NCBI RefSeq assembly: GCF_030684315.1
Contig: NC_081391.1
Coordinates: 26,412,888-26,476,887, forward strand
From: Stegostoma tigrinum
Taxonomy: Eukaryota
Length of the DNA: 64,000 nt
Reading direction: 5' to 3'
Shown: piece after piece, positions 24,318-37,424 of the stretch
Layout: every line of letters starts with the position of its first letter
Numbering within the stretch: position 1 is the stretch's first letter
Position numbers and translations under genes: made by a program
Notes under the pieces: generated by a model
Told to the model about the DNA's origin: nothing
Seen by the model: only the letters and a program-made list of their open reading frames with translations
Databases searched by the model: none

Positions 24318-27300
24318 ATAAAATGTGAGGCTGGATGAACACAGCAGGCCAAGCAGCATCTCAGGAGCACAAAAGCTGACGTTTCGGGCCTAGACCCTTC
24401 ATCAGAGAGGGGGATGGGGGGAGGGAACTGGAATAAATAGGGAGAGAGGGGGAGGCGGACCGAAGATGGAGAGTAAAGAAGATAGGTGGAGAGAGTGTAG
24501 GTGGGGAGGTAGGGAGGGGATAGGTCAGTCCAGGGAAGACGGACAGGTCAAGGAGGTGGCATGAGGTTAGTAGGTAGCGGGGGGTGCGGCTTGGGGTGGG
24601 AGGAAGGGATGGGTGAGAGGAAGAACCGGTTAGGGAGGCAGAGACAGGTTGGACTGGTTTTGGGATGCAGTGGGTGGGGGGGAAGAGCTGGGCTGGTTGT
24701 GTGGTGCAGTGGGGGGAGGGGACGAACTGGGCTGGTTGAGGGATGCAGTAGGGGAAGGGGAGATTTTGAAACTGGTGAAGTCCACATTGATACCATATGG
24801 CTGCAGGGTTCCCAGGCAGAATATGAGTTGCTGTTCCTGCAACCTTCGGGTGGCATCATTGTGGCAGTGCAGGAGGCCCATGATGGACATGTCATCCAGA
24901 GAATGGGAGGGGGAGTGGAAATGGTTTGCGACTGGGAGGTGCAGTTGTTTTTTGCGAACTGAGCGGAGGTGTTCTGCAAAGCGGTCCCCAAGCCTCCGCT
25001 TGGTTTCCCCAATGTAGAGGAAGCCGCACCGGGTACAGTGGATGCAGTATACTACATTGGCAGATGTGCAGGTGAACCTCTGCTTGATGTGGAATGTCAT
25101 CTTGGGGCCTGGGATGGGGGTGAGGGAGGAGGTGTGGGGACAAGTGTAGCATTTCCTGCGGTTGCAGGGGAAGGTGCCGGGTGTGGTGGGGTTGGAGGGC
25201 AGTGTGGAGCGAACAAGGGAGTCACGGAGAGAGTGGTCTCTCCGGAAAGCAGACAGGGGAGGGGATGGAAAAATGTCTTGGGTGGTGGGGTCGGATTGTA
25301 AATGGCGGAAGTGTCGGAGGATAATGCGTTGTATCCGGAGGTTGGTAGGGTGGTGTGTGAGAACCAGGGGGATCCTCTTGGGGCGGTTGTGGCGGGGGCG
25401 GGGTGTGAGGGATGTGTCGCGGGAAATGCGGGAGACGCGGTCAAGGGCGTTCTCGATCACCGTGGGGGGAAAGTTGCGGTCCTTGAAGAACTTGGACAAT
25501 TGGGATGTGCGGGAGTGGAATGTCTTGTCGTGGGAGCAGATGCGGCGGAGGCGGAGGAATTGGGAATAGGGGATGGAATTTTTCGTCTCAGCCTGCTCCT
25601 GCCCCACCGAACTCATCTCCACCTATCTGGACTCCATTTTCTCCCCTTTGGTCCAGGAACTCCCCACCTACGTCCGTGACACCACCCACGCCCTCCACCT
25701 CCTCCAGGACTTCCAATTCCCTGGCCCCCAACACCTCATATTCACCATGGACGTCCAGTCCCTGTACACCTGCATTCCGCATGGAGATGGCCTCAAGGCC
25801 CTCCGCTTCTTCCTGTCCCGCAGGCCCGACCAGTCCCCCTCCACCAACACTCTCATCCGCCTAGCTGAACTCGTCCTCACACTCAACAACTTCTCTTTTG
25901 ACTCCTCCCACTTCCTACAGACTAAGGGGGTGGCCATGGGCACCCGCATGGGCCCCAGCTATGCCTGCCTCTTTGTAGGTTACGTGGAACAGTCCCTCTT
26001 CCGCACCTACACAGGCCCCAAACCCCACCTCTTCCTCCGGTACATTGATGACTGTATCAGCGCCGCCTCTTGCTCCCCAGAGGAGCTCGAACAGTTCATC
26101 CACTTCACCAACACCTTCCACCCCAACCTTCAGTTCACCTGGGCCATCTCCAGCACATCCCTCACCTTCCTGGACCTCTCAGTCTCCATCTCAGGCAACC
26201 AGCTTGTAACTGATGTCCATTTCAAGCCCACCGACTCCCACAGCTACCTAGAATACACCTCCTCCCACCCACCCTCCTGCAAAAATTCCATCCCCTATTC
26301 CCAATTCCTCCGCCTCCGCCGCATCTGCTCCCACGACAAGACATTCCACTCCCGCACATCCCAGATGTCCAAGTTCTTCAAGGACCGCAACTTTCCCCCC
26401 ACGGTGATCGAGAACGCCCTTGACCGCGTCTCCCGCATTTCCCGCGACACATCCCTCACACCCCGCCCCCGCCACAACCGCCCCAAGAGGATCCCCCTGG
26501 TTCTCACACACCACCCTACCAACCTCCGGATACAACGCATTATCCTCCGACACTTCCGCCATTTACAATCCGACCCCACCACCCAAGACATTTTTCCATC
26601 CCCTCCCCTGTCTGCTTTCCGGAGAGACCACTCTCTCCGTGACTCCCTTGTTCGCTCCACACTGCCCTCCAACCCCACCACACCCGGCACCTTCCCCTGC
26701 AACCGCAGGAAATGCTACACTTGTCCCCACACCTCCTTCCTCACCCCCATCCCAGGCCCCAAGATGACATTCCACATCAAGCAGAGGTTCACCTGCACAT
26801 CTGCCAATGTGGTATACTGCATCCACTGTACCCGGTGCGGCTTCCTCTACATTGGGGAAACCAAGCGGAGGCTTGGGGACCGCTTTGCAGAACACCTCCG
26901 CTCAGTTCGCAAAAAACAACTGCACCTCCCAGTCGCAAACCATTTCCACTCCCCCTCCCATTCTCTTGATGACATGTCCATCATGGGCTTCCTGCACTGC
27001 CACAATGATGCCACCCGAAGGTTGCAGGAACAGCAACTCATATTCCACCTGGGAACCCTGCAGCCATATGGTATCAATGTGGACTTCACCAGTTTCAAAA
27101 TCTCCCCTTCCCCTACTGCATCCCTCAACCAGCCCAGTTCGTCCCCTCCCCCCACTGCACCACACAACCAGCCCAGCTCTTCCCCCCCACCCACTGCATC
27201 CCAAAACCAGTCCAACCTGTCTCTGCCTCCCAAACCGGTTCTTCCTCTCACCCATCCCTTCCTCCCACCCCAAGCCGCACCCCCCGCTACCTACTAACCT

Positions 27301-27585
27301 CTTCCCAACTCCTTGACCTGTCCGTCTTCTCTGGACTGACCTATCCCCTCCCTACCTCCCCACCTACACTCTCTCCACCTATCTTCTTTACTCTCCATCT
27401 TCGGTCCGCCTCCCCCTCTCTCCCTATTTATTCCAGTTCCCTCCCCCCATCCCCCTCTCTGATGAAGGGTCTAGGCCCGAAACGTCAGCTTTTGTGCTCC
27501 TGAGATGCTGCTTGGCCTGCTGTGTTCATCCAGCCTCACATTTTATTATCTTGGAATCTCCAGCATCTGCAGTTCCCATTATCTC
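24318..27585 (+). mobile_element. Penelope-like retroelement, 5'-truncated, preceded by an inverted copy of its 3' ~1.26 kb; 13-bp TSD ttcttgtaaggca
   Basis: 24318-25582 is the reverse complement of ~26282-27547. TSD at 24305-24317 and 27586-27598. Confidence 0.95.
25583..27297 (+). CDS. Penelope-like reverse transcriptase + GIY-YIG endonuclease (N-truncated, frame intact)
   Basis: RT motifs TMDVQSLYT, GVAMGTRMGPSYA and RYIDD; Cys-rich linker CNRRKCYTCPH (Neptune-like); VVYCIHC..LYIGET GIY-YIG. Confidence 0.93.
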
Positions 27586-27749
27586 TTCTTGTAAGGCACA
27601 TGACCTCAGAGGTACTACTGTTTCCAACATGTGTTTTATTATGGCTGTGAGGTGTTAGGCAGTGATTGTTCCCTATTGAAGCTCTGTAATAACTAACCTG
27701 AGCTGTAGTGCATCATTCAACATGTAGTTCACAACAGGCAGTCAGGACA

Positions 27750-27965
27750 GAGATAATGGGAACTGCAGATGCTGGAGAATCCAAGATAACAAAGTGTGTA
27801 GCTTGATGAACACAGCAGGCCAAGCAGCATCCCAGGAGCACAAAAGCTGTCGTTTCAGGCCTAGACGCTCTCTGATGAAGGGCCTCGGCCCAAAACGTCA
27901 GCTTTTGTGCTCCTGAGATGCTGCTTGGCCTGCTGTGTTCGTCCAGCTCCACACTTTGTTATCAT
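27750..27965. mobile_element. Mini fold-back Penelope-like insertion, TSD gcagtcaggaca
   Basis: Two inverted terminal copies; TSD at 27738-27749 and 27966-27977. Confidence 0.85.
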
Positions 27966-28286
27966 GCAGTCAGGACAATTTGCCACAGAATGTAGAAACC
28001 GCATATGGGCAATAAGTAGTGAGTCTAAATGTTGTTTGGGAATCAGCACAGGATTGGTGGGCCAAAAGGTCTGTTCTTGTGCTGATCTCTATTGTGACGT
28101 CTTTCACAGTTGATGATCCTCAAGGCACGGTTGATGTTTAGCATGGTGTATGTCCAAAGGAATGAATCCTGAACAGTCCTGCATCATGGATCTCCCCAGT
28201 TATGGAATCACATTTAATACTGAACACCATTTACTGGATAATCTTGACTGTGCAAACAATTTAGGATTAGCAAATGGTGCACTTGC

Positions 28287-29962
28287 ATGTTCACTCTAGA
28301 AAACGACAATGTTGTCAAGGAGAATACTGAGATACAGGCTACTAGACTAGGTGGGATTGAGGTTCACAAGGAAGAGGTATTAGAAATCCTTCAGAGGGTG
28401 AAGATAGATAAGTCCCCTGGGCCGGATGGGATTTATCCTCGGATCCTCTGGGAAGGCAGAGAGGAGATTGCCGAGCCTTTGGCATTGATCTTTAACTCGT
28501 CATTGCCTACAGGAATAGTGCCAGATGACTGGAGGATAGCAAATGTGGTTCCCCTGTTCAAGAAGATGAGTAGAGACAACCCTGGTAATTATAGACCAGT
28601 GAGCCTTACCTCAGTTGTTGGTAAAGTGTTGGAAAAGGTTATAAGGGATAGGATTTATAATCATCTAGAAAAGAATAAATTGGTTAGGGATAGTCAGCAC
28701 AGTTTTGTGAAGGGAAGGTCGTGCCTCACAAACCTTATTGAGTTCTTTGAGAAGGTGACCAAACAGGTAGATGAGAGTAAACCGGTTGATGTGGTGTATA
28801 TGGATTTCAGCAAGGCATTCGATAAGGTTCCCCACAATAGGCTATTGTACAAAATGCGGAGGAATGGAATTGTGGGAGATATAGCAGTTTGGATTGGAAA
28901 TTGGCTTGCTGAAAGAAGACAGAGGGTGGTAGTTGATGGGAAATGTTCATCCTGGAGACCAATTACTCGTGGTGTACGGCAAGGGTCGGTGTTGGGTCCA
29001 CTGCTGTTTGTCATTTTTATAAATGACCTGGATGAGGGCGTAGAAGGATGGGTTAGTAAATTTGCAGACGACTCTAAGGTCGGTGGAGTTGTGGATAGTG
29101 ACGAAGGATGCTGTAGGTTGCAGAGAGACATAGATAAGCTGCAGAGCTGGGCTGAGAGGTGGCAAATGGAGTTTAATGCAGACAAGTGTGAGGTGATGCA
29201 CTTTGGTAGGAGTAACCGGAAGGCAAAGTACTGGGCTAATGGTAAGATTCTTAGTAGTGTAGATGAGCAGAGAGATCTCGGTGTCCATGTACACATATCC
29301 TTGACAGTTGCCACCCAGGTTGACAGGGCTGTTAAGAAGGCATACAGTGTTTTAGCTTTTATTAATAGAGGGATCGAGTTCCGGAACCAAGAGGTTATGG
29401 CGAAGCTGTACAAAACTCTGGTGCGGCTGCACTTGGAGTATTGTGTACAGTTCTGGTCACCGCATTATGAGAAGGATGTGGAAGCTTTGGAAAGGGTGCA
29501 GAGGAGATTTACTAGGATGTTGCCTGGTATGGAGGGGAGGTCTTATGAGGAAAGGCTGAGGGACTTGAGGCTGTTTTCATTAGTGAGATGAAGGTTGAGA
29601 GGTGACTTAATTGAACCATATCAAATAATCAGAGGGTTAGACAGGGTGGATAGGGAGAGCCTTTTTCCTCGGATGGTGACGGCGAGCACGAGGGGGCATA
29701 GCTTTAAATTGAGGGGTGAAAGATATAGGACAGATGTCAGAGGTAGTTTCTTTACTCAGAGAGTAGTAAGGGAATGGAATGCTTTGCCTGCAACGGTAGT
29801 AGATTTGCCAACTTTAGGTACATTTAAGTCGTCATTGGATAAGCATATGGACGTACATGGAATAGTGTAGGTTCGATGGGCTTGAGATCGGTATGACAGG
29901 TTGGCACAACATCGAGGGCCGAAGGGCCTGTACTGTGCTGGAATGTTCTATGCTGTATGTTC
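28287..29962 (+). mobile_element. CR1-clade LINE, 5'-truncated, RT domain with a late stop
   Basis: KSPGPDG, NYRPVSLTS, YMDFSKAFDKVPH, QGSVLGP, KFADD; (tgttcta)-like tail. Confidence 0.95.
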
Positions 29963-29977
29963 TGCCAATATAAAGGA

Positions 29978-30335
29978 CCCTCTTGTGGTGCAGTGGTAGT
30001 GTCCCTGCCCTGGATAGGGAGGCCAGGGTTCAAGTCCCACCTGCTCCAGGTGTGTGTAATAACATCTCATAGAATCCCTACAGTGTGGAAACAGGCCTAA
30101 CAAGGACACACTGCCCCCACCCATTACCCTATCCCTGCATTTCCTCATGTCTAACCCACCTAATCTAAACATCTGTAGGCACTATGGGCAATTTAGCATA
30201 GCAAATCCACTCTAACCTGCACACTTTTGGATTGTGGGAGGATGTGCAAACTCCACACAGACAGACACTTAAGGGTGGGATTGAACCCAGGTCCTGGTGG
30301 TGTGAGGCATCAGCGCTAACCACCAAGCCACCCAC
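29978..30335. mobile_element. tRNA-derived SINE head (+) abutting an HE1/V-SINE-like copy (-)
   Basis: tggtgcagtgg..ggttcaagtcc at 29986-30040; reverse SINE at 30070-30335. Confidence 0.7.
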
Positions 30336-31069
30336 ACAGTCCCCACGTATTGGAGGTTTTGAACGATATGCTAAGAGAATTGGCAGGAACGTGATGGAGA
30401 GATGGGCAAGTCTTTGGATCCTGTAGTTCTGGTCTGGCTGATGCTCTGGGCAATGACGAACAGAACCCCAAGTGTAAATGAGGATTTGGGTATCAGAGAA
30501 AAGATTCAGAACCACAAGTCAGTACACCAAGCACGTTGACAAACCAAGCATTTCGTTTCAACTATGTATGATCAGCCTGAGGAAATAGACCAGGGTGACA
30601 CTCTGCTCTGTAGACAACCAGTGATCAGCATGAAGTGCAGAATGGATGTGAAATTTGTCAAAGGGTCAGAGCTAAGTACTCTCACCCTTTGACACCAATA
30701 GTAACATTCTCTAGCTGTTGGTACATACTCAGCGGAATCTGGTCCTTGTGTGAAATACAGTATCAGTCTTGGTACCTGCTGTGCCTTGGCACTGACAATG
30801 CAGCAAAGGGTAATATTCAGTCACAGGTGGAAACTGTGGTCCAGTTTCCCCAACCACAACCAACATTGACCATAGATCAGCATACAACCTGGAACTATAA
30901 TACAGTAAACACAGTAACATTACCAAACGGTATGATTTTAAAAAGAGAATCTACACAAAGCTCTGTTAATTGTATACAAATAATATGCACAGACACTGCC
31001 TGTTCTGAATTCACGAAAAAGTGACAGTCATTCATGGACTTGTTTATCAGGCACTGCCCTAACCAATCA

Positions 31070-31550
31070 GTCTTAGAGTTATACAGCATGGAAACAGACT
31101 CTTGACTGGTCTAACCAATCCATGCCGACCATAATCGCAAACTAAAGTACTCCCACCTGCCTTCACTTAGCCCATATCCTTCCAAACATTTCTTATTTAT
31201 GTACTTACCTAAATGTCTTTTAAACATTGTTACTGTACCCACATTCACCACTTACTGGAAGTTCCTTCCACACATGAAACACTGTATAGAAAAAAATTGC
31301 CCCTCATATCTTTTCTAATCTTTCTCTGCTCGCCTTAAAAACAGGCCCGCCAGTCTTGAAATCCACCATCCTATGGAAAAGACACCTGCCATTTGCCTTA
31401 TCTAGACCCCTCATGTTTTTATAAGCCTCTATAAGGTCACCCCTCAATCTCCTACATTCCAGTGACTAAAGTCCCAGCCTCTCCTTACAACTCAAACCCT
31501 CTATTCATGGCAACATCCTGGAGGATTTGAGTTGTAAGGAGAGGCTGGGA
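31070..31550 (-). mobile_element. CR1 3' fragment
   Basis: Similar to 49235-49680. Confidence 0.75.
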
Positions 31551-32097
31551 CAACCTGTCTGGTGTAATATTTAATTAAAACCTGGTGGTTAACTGTTGTT
31601 CATTGCCATTAATGCATTTTCTATGGCAATGTCTCTACCACAGACCATTTGCTAGCCACTCAGCATTCTCTTCTCATGTGGGGTCAAGACACTGAGACAG
31701 AAAACCAAATCAGCGTTTCTACTTCAGGCATTTGCAACACCGTAAAATCTAAACCTTCAAAAGATCCTCAAAATTGATCCCAATGTTTCCTCACCAGGTT
31801 GTTTGGATAGCCTCTTTTTTTCCTCAACACTTGAATCAGAGGAAATAGTTTTTCTATCTCCTGAGCTTCCAAGATCTGTTCATGGGTGATTGGGCAGGGA
31901 GCTTTCAAACCTTCATGCTTTGGCAGCAACAGCTAGGTTTCTTCTCTCAAAACCCAGTTCAAACCCTAATTCAAACTCTGACTTCTCCACAACAGACTAA
32001 CCATCTCCTCCACAAAGTCACAGTTACCATTTAGTTTCTGCCATCTGTTTGAGCATAAATGTTGTTTCCAGGCTTGCTGGAACCAATTCTGATGTAC

Positions 32098-33400
32098 TGA
32101 GATAACAAGGTGTAGAGCTGGATGGACACAGCAGGCCAAGCAGGAAAGCCCTTCATCAGAAATGGGGGAGGGGATGGGGATTCTGAAATAAATAGAGAGA
32201 GAGGTGGAGGTGGATAGAAGATGGATAAAGGAGAAGATAGGTGGAAAGGAGACAGACAGGTCATGGAGGTGGGTTTGGAGTCAGTAAAGGTGAGCGTAGG
32301 TGGGGAGTTAGGGAGAGGATAGGTCAGTCCACAGAGGACAGATAGGTCAAGGGGGCAGGACGAGGCTAGTAGGTAAGGGATGGAGTGTGGCTTGAGATCG
32401 GAGGAGGGGATAGGTGGGAGGAAGGACAGGTTAGCAAGGCGTGGACAAACTGGGCTGGTTTTAGGATGCGGTAGGGGAAGGGGAGACTAAGAAGCTTGTG
32501 AAGTCCACATTGATACCATTGACAGGGTTGCCAAGCGAAATATGAAGTGCTGCTCCTGCAACATTCGGGTGGCATCATTGTGGCATTGCAGGAGGCCCAG
32601 GATGGACATGTCATCGGAGGAATGGAAAGGGGAGTTGAAATCGTTCGTGACTGGGAGGTGCAGTTGTTTAGTGCGAACCGAGCGTAGATGTTCCATAATA
32701 TGATCCCCAAGCCTCCGCGATGTAGAGGAGGCCACAACAGGAACAGTACATACAGTATACCACATTAGCAGATGTGCAGGTGAACATCTGCTTGATGTGG
32801 AAAGTCTTCTTGGTGCCTGGGATGGGGGTGAGGGAGGAGGTATGGGGGCAGGTGTAGCACTTCCTGCAGTTGCAGGGAAAAGAGCCGATGTGTTGGGGAT
32901 GGAGGGGAGTGTGGAGCGGACAAGGGAGTCACAGAGAGTGGTCCTTCCGGAAAGCAGATAAGGGTGGGGATGGAAAAATGTCTTTGGTGGTGGGGTCGGA
33001 TTGCAGATGGTGGAAGTGTTGGAGCATGATGTGTTGGATCCAGAGGTTGGTGGGGTGGTACGTGAGCATGAGGGGTATTCTGTTCTGGTTGTTATTGCGG
33101 GTAGAGGGTGTGAGGGATGAATTGCAGGAAATGCTGGAGACATGATCAAGGGCGTTCTCGACCGCTGAGGGGGGGAGCTTGCAGTCCTTGAAAAACGAGG
33201 ACATCTGAGATGTTCGGGAATGGAATGCCTCATACTGGAAGCAGATGTGGCAAAGGTGAGGGAGTTGGGAATAGGGGATGGCATTTTTGCAGGAAGGTGG
33301 GTGGGAGGAGGTGTGTTCTAGGTAGCTGTGGGAGTCGGTGGGCTTGAAATGGTATTGGTTTCCAGGTGGTTGCCAGAGATGGAAACAGAGAGGTCCAGGA
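32098..33400 (-). mobile_element. Degenerate Penelope-like element (RT thumb + GIY-YIG, frameshifted)
   Basis: HFKPTDSHSYLEHTSSHP.. and RRLGDHIMEHLRSV; homologous to 26180-27550. Confidence 0.9.
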
Positions 33401-33867
33401 AGACTGACCATGTTACTAGCCAACTTCTGCTTTCTGTTTAAACAAATTGTTCGCCTGTGGTGACGAAGCATTTCAGAACCTTTATCAAACTGCAATTAAC
33501 TTCCATGCCTGGCCTCACAAGTAAACAAAAGCTTGTTAAGTCTCTTTTCCTTTTAACAAAAAATGGTACCCAGAGTCAAAAAGTCATCTTTAGCTCAGTT
33601 CCCAGTTCATAGCTCCAAGCCAAAATTGATGACAATAAAAATAAAAATAATGAAAAACAAGCAAAGCCTCTAACAGTTGATTTACCTCTTCAGTTGCTAA
33701 GTTTTGCCAGCATTCTTTGTCTGTTTAAGATTTCCAGCAGTACTTTGCTTTCAGTAAAATATATTTGTCCAATTTTTATAATCTAATGGATAGTAAAGTT
33801 TGGAAGAAAAGCTGGAAATCTGTTTATTATAATAAAACTGCTATGTGCCAAACATGGGCCAATAAGT

Positions 33868-34227
33868 TTTTTCTTTATTCATTCATGGGATGAGGGCATC
33901 ACTGACCAGGCAGCATTTATTGACCATCCCTAATTGCCCAGAGGACAGTTGAGAGTCAACCACATTGCTGTGTGTCTGGAGTCACATGTAGGCCAGACCA
34001 GGTAAGGATGACAGTTTCCTTCCCTAAACGACATTAGTATACCAGATGGGTATTTCCGACAATCGGGAATGGATTCACAGTCATCGTTAGATTCTTAATT
34101 TCAGATATTTATTGAATTCAAATTCCATCATCTGCTATTGGCAGGATTAGAAGCTAGGTCCCCAGAATATCACCTGGGTGTCTGGATTAACATTTCAAAA
34201 ATAATACCACTAGGCTATTGCCTCCCA
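33868..34227 (-). mobile_element. Deu-domain-type tRNA SINE
   Basis: Reverse complement of the family at 48134-48465. Confidence 0.75.
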
Positions 34228-34809
34228 AATGATGTATGTGAGGAAAAGAGAATGACCAGAGAAAGAGTAGGGCAGATGGATGATAGGCATATGGATGATA
34301 GTATAAGGTAGGGGTGGAGGTTGTATAGACCTTAAGATTAGGGTAAAAGTTCGGCACAACATCATGGGCCGAAGGGCCTTTACTGTGCCGTACTGTTCTA
34401 TGTTCTATGTAATAAGATTACAATTGTGGTTTCCACACGACAAAAATGAATGAAAGGAGACCAAAATTTAGCATCTTCACTTGATATTACCCGATCCATT
34501 TGTACCTGCAGTGTTATTAGAAAGAGAATGACACTGAAGTAACAGTGCTGGTGATGGTAAGTGGTTTGGAGCAGAACTTGCAGCTGATGGTCTTTCCACA
34601 TGCCTGCTGTCCTTGACCTTCTGGATGGATAAGGGTTTATAAGGTGCTTTCTAAGGATCTTTGGTGAATTTCTGCAGTGTATCTTGTAGATAGTACACAC
34701 TGCTGCTACCGAGTGTCAGTGAGGGCGGGACAGTGACACCAAACAATTACATCAGATAAGCGTCAACCACATTCAGTGACCCTTGGAAACCAGGAAGGGG
34801 AGCAGGCAA

Positions 34810-37300
34810 GAGATAGTTGGAACTGCCAATGCTGCAGAATCTGAAATAACAAGGTGTAGAGCTGGATGGACACAGCAGGCCAAGCAGCATCAGAGGAGCA
34901 GGGAAGCTAACGTTTGAGGTTTAGACCCTTTTTCAGAAATGGGGGAAGGGAAGAGGATTCTGAAATAAATGGGGAGAAAGGGAGAGGTGGTTAGAAGATG
35001 TATAGAGGAGAAGATAGATGAAGACGAGACAGACAGATCAGGGAGACGGGGTTGGAGCCAGTAAAGGTGAGTGTAGGTGGGGAGTTAGGGAGGGGATAGG
35101 TCGGTCCAGGGTGGATGGACATGTCAAGGAGGCGGGATGAGGCTGATAGGCAGGAGATGGGGGTGGGACGAGTGGATAGGTGGGAGGACATGTTAGGGAC
35201 ACAGTTTTGAGCTGGGCTGGATTTGGGACACAGTCAGGGGAAGGGAGATTTTGAAGTTTGTGAAGTCCACATTGATAATATTGGGCTGCAGGGTTCCCAA
35301 GTGAAATAATGAGATGTTCCTACAAACTTCGGGTGGCATCGTTGTGGCACTGCAGGAGGCCCAGGATGGACATGTCATCTGAGGAATGGGAGCGGGAGTT
35401 GAAATGGTTCTCGACTGGGAGGTGCAGTTGTTTATTGCGAACCGAGCGGAGGTGTTCTGCAAAACAGTCCCCAAGCCTCCGCTTGGTTTCCTCGATGTAG
35501 AGGAGGCCATAACCGGTACAGCAGATGCTGTATACCACATTAGCAGATGTGCAGGTGAACATCCTCTTGATGTGGAAAGTCTTCTTGGGGCCTGGGATGG
35601 GGGTGAGGGAGGAGGTGTAACACTTCCTGCGGTTGCAGGGAAAAGTACAATTACAGACCAGTAAGTCTCACGTCTGTCGTCTGCAAGGTGTTAGAAAGGA
35701 TTCTGAGGGATAGGATTTATGACCATCTGGAAGAGCATGGCTTGATTAAATGCAGTCAACACGGCTTTGTGAGGGGCAGGTTATGCCTCACAAACCTTAT
35801 CGAGTTCTTTGAGGATGTGACTAGAAAAGTTGATGAGGGTCGAGTTGTGGATGTGGTGTATATGGACTTCAGCAAGGCATTTGATAAGGTTCCCCATGGT
35901 AGGCTCATTCAGAAGGTCAGGAGGATTGGGATACAGGGGAACTTACAGAATTGGCTGGCCAACAGAAGGCAGCGAGTGGTAGTAGAAGGAAAATATTCTG
36001 CCTGGAAGTCAGTGGTGAGTGGTGTTCCACAGGGCTCTGTCCCTTGGGCCTCTACTGTTTGTAATTTTTATTAATGACTTGGATGAGGGGATTGAAGGAT
36101 GGGTCAACAAGTTTGCAGACGACACGAAGGTTGGAGGTGTCGTTGACAGTATAGAGGGCTGTTGTAGGCTGCAGCGGGACATTGACAGGATGCAGTGATG
36201 GGCTGAGAGGTGGCAGATGGAGTTCAACCTGGATAAATGCGAGGTGATGCATTTTGGAAGGTCAAATTTGAAAGCTGAATACAGGATTAAGGATAGGATT
36301 CTTGGCAGTGTGAAGGAACAGAGGGATCTTGATGTGCAGATGCATAGATCCCTTAAAATGGCCACCCAAATGGACAGGGTTGTTAAGAAAGCATATGGTG
36401 TTTTGGCTTTCATTAACAGGGGGGTTGAGTTTAAGAATCGTGAGATCTTGTTGCAGCTCTATAAAACTGGTTAGACCGCACTTGGAATACTGCGTCCAGT
36501 TCTGGTCGCCCTATTATAGGAAAGATGTGGATGCTTTGGAGAGGGTTCAGAGGAGGTTTACCAGGATGCTGCCTGGACTGGAGGGCTTATCTTATGAAGA
36601 GAGGTTGACTGAGCTCGGACTTTTCTCATTGGAGAAAAGGAGGAGGAGAGGGAACCTAATTGAGGTATACAAGATAATGAGAGGCATAGATAGAGTTGAT
36701 AGCCAGAGACTATTTCCCAGGGCAGAAATGGCTAGCACGAGGAGTCATAGTTTTAAGCTGGTTGGAGGAAAGTATAGAGGGGATGTCAGAGGCGGGTTCT
36801 TTACACAGAGAGTTGTGAAAGCATGGAATGCGTTGCCAGCAGCAGTTGTGGAAGCAAGGTCATTGGGGGCATTTAAGAGACTGCTGGACATGCACATGGT
36901 CACAGAAATTTGAGGGTGCATACATGAGGATCAATGATCGGCACAACATCGTGGGCTGAAGAGCCTGTTCTGTGCTGTACTGTTCTATGTTCTAAGTGCC
37001 AAGGATGGTGGGGTGTGTGGAGCAGACAAGAGATCACAGAGAGAGTGGTCCTTCCGGAAAGCTGATAAGGTTGGAGAAGCTAAAATGTCCTTGGTAGTGG
37101 GATCAGATTGCAGATGGTGGAGGATGATGCGTTAGATCCGGAGGTTGGTGGCATGGTACGCGAGGACGAGGGAGATTCTCTTTTGGTCATTATTTGTGGG
37201 GAGGGGGTGTGAGGGATGTGTTGCGGGAAATGTGTGAGACACGGACGAGGGTGTTTATGACCACTGTGGATGGGAAACTGTGGTCCTTGAGGAACGAGGG
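34810..37300 (-). mobile_element. Degenerate Penelope-like element split by a CR1 insertion
   Basis: PLE sequence stops at gttgcagggaa (~35642) and resumes at gtgccaaggatggtgggg (~36996). Confidence 0.88.
35645..36994 (+). mobile_element. CR1-clade LINE 3' part inserted in the Penelope-like element
   Basis: YMDFSKAFDKVPH, RPHLEYCVQFWSP; tail tgttctatgttcta. Confidence 0.93.
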
Positions 37301-37424
37301 GAGCAGGTAATTAAACTTTAACAAACTCAGCAGGTCTGGCAGCATCTGTGGAGAGAATGCAGCGCTCAAATAGTAGGGTAACTGATCATGACTTGACTGG
37401 TAATGTTTGATTTTGTTACAGGTA

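Noticed and set aside
25573-25582. ATG of the 574-aa ORF as the true PLE start
   Set aside because: MEF comes from the inverted arm at the junction; the element is 5'-truncated.
24561-27273. Numerous overlapping antisense or alternate-frame ORFs
   Set aside because: Shadows of the GC-rich PLE coding sequence, duplicated by the inversion.
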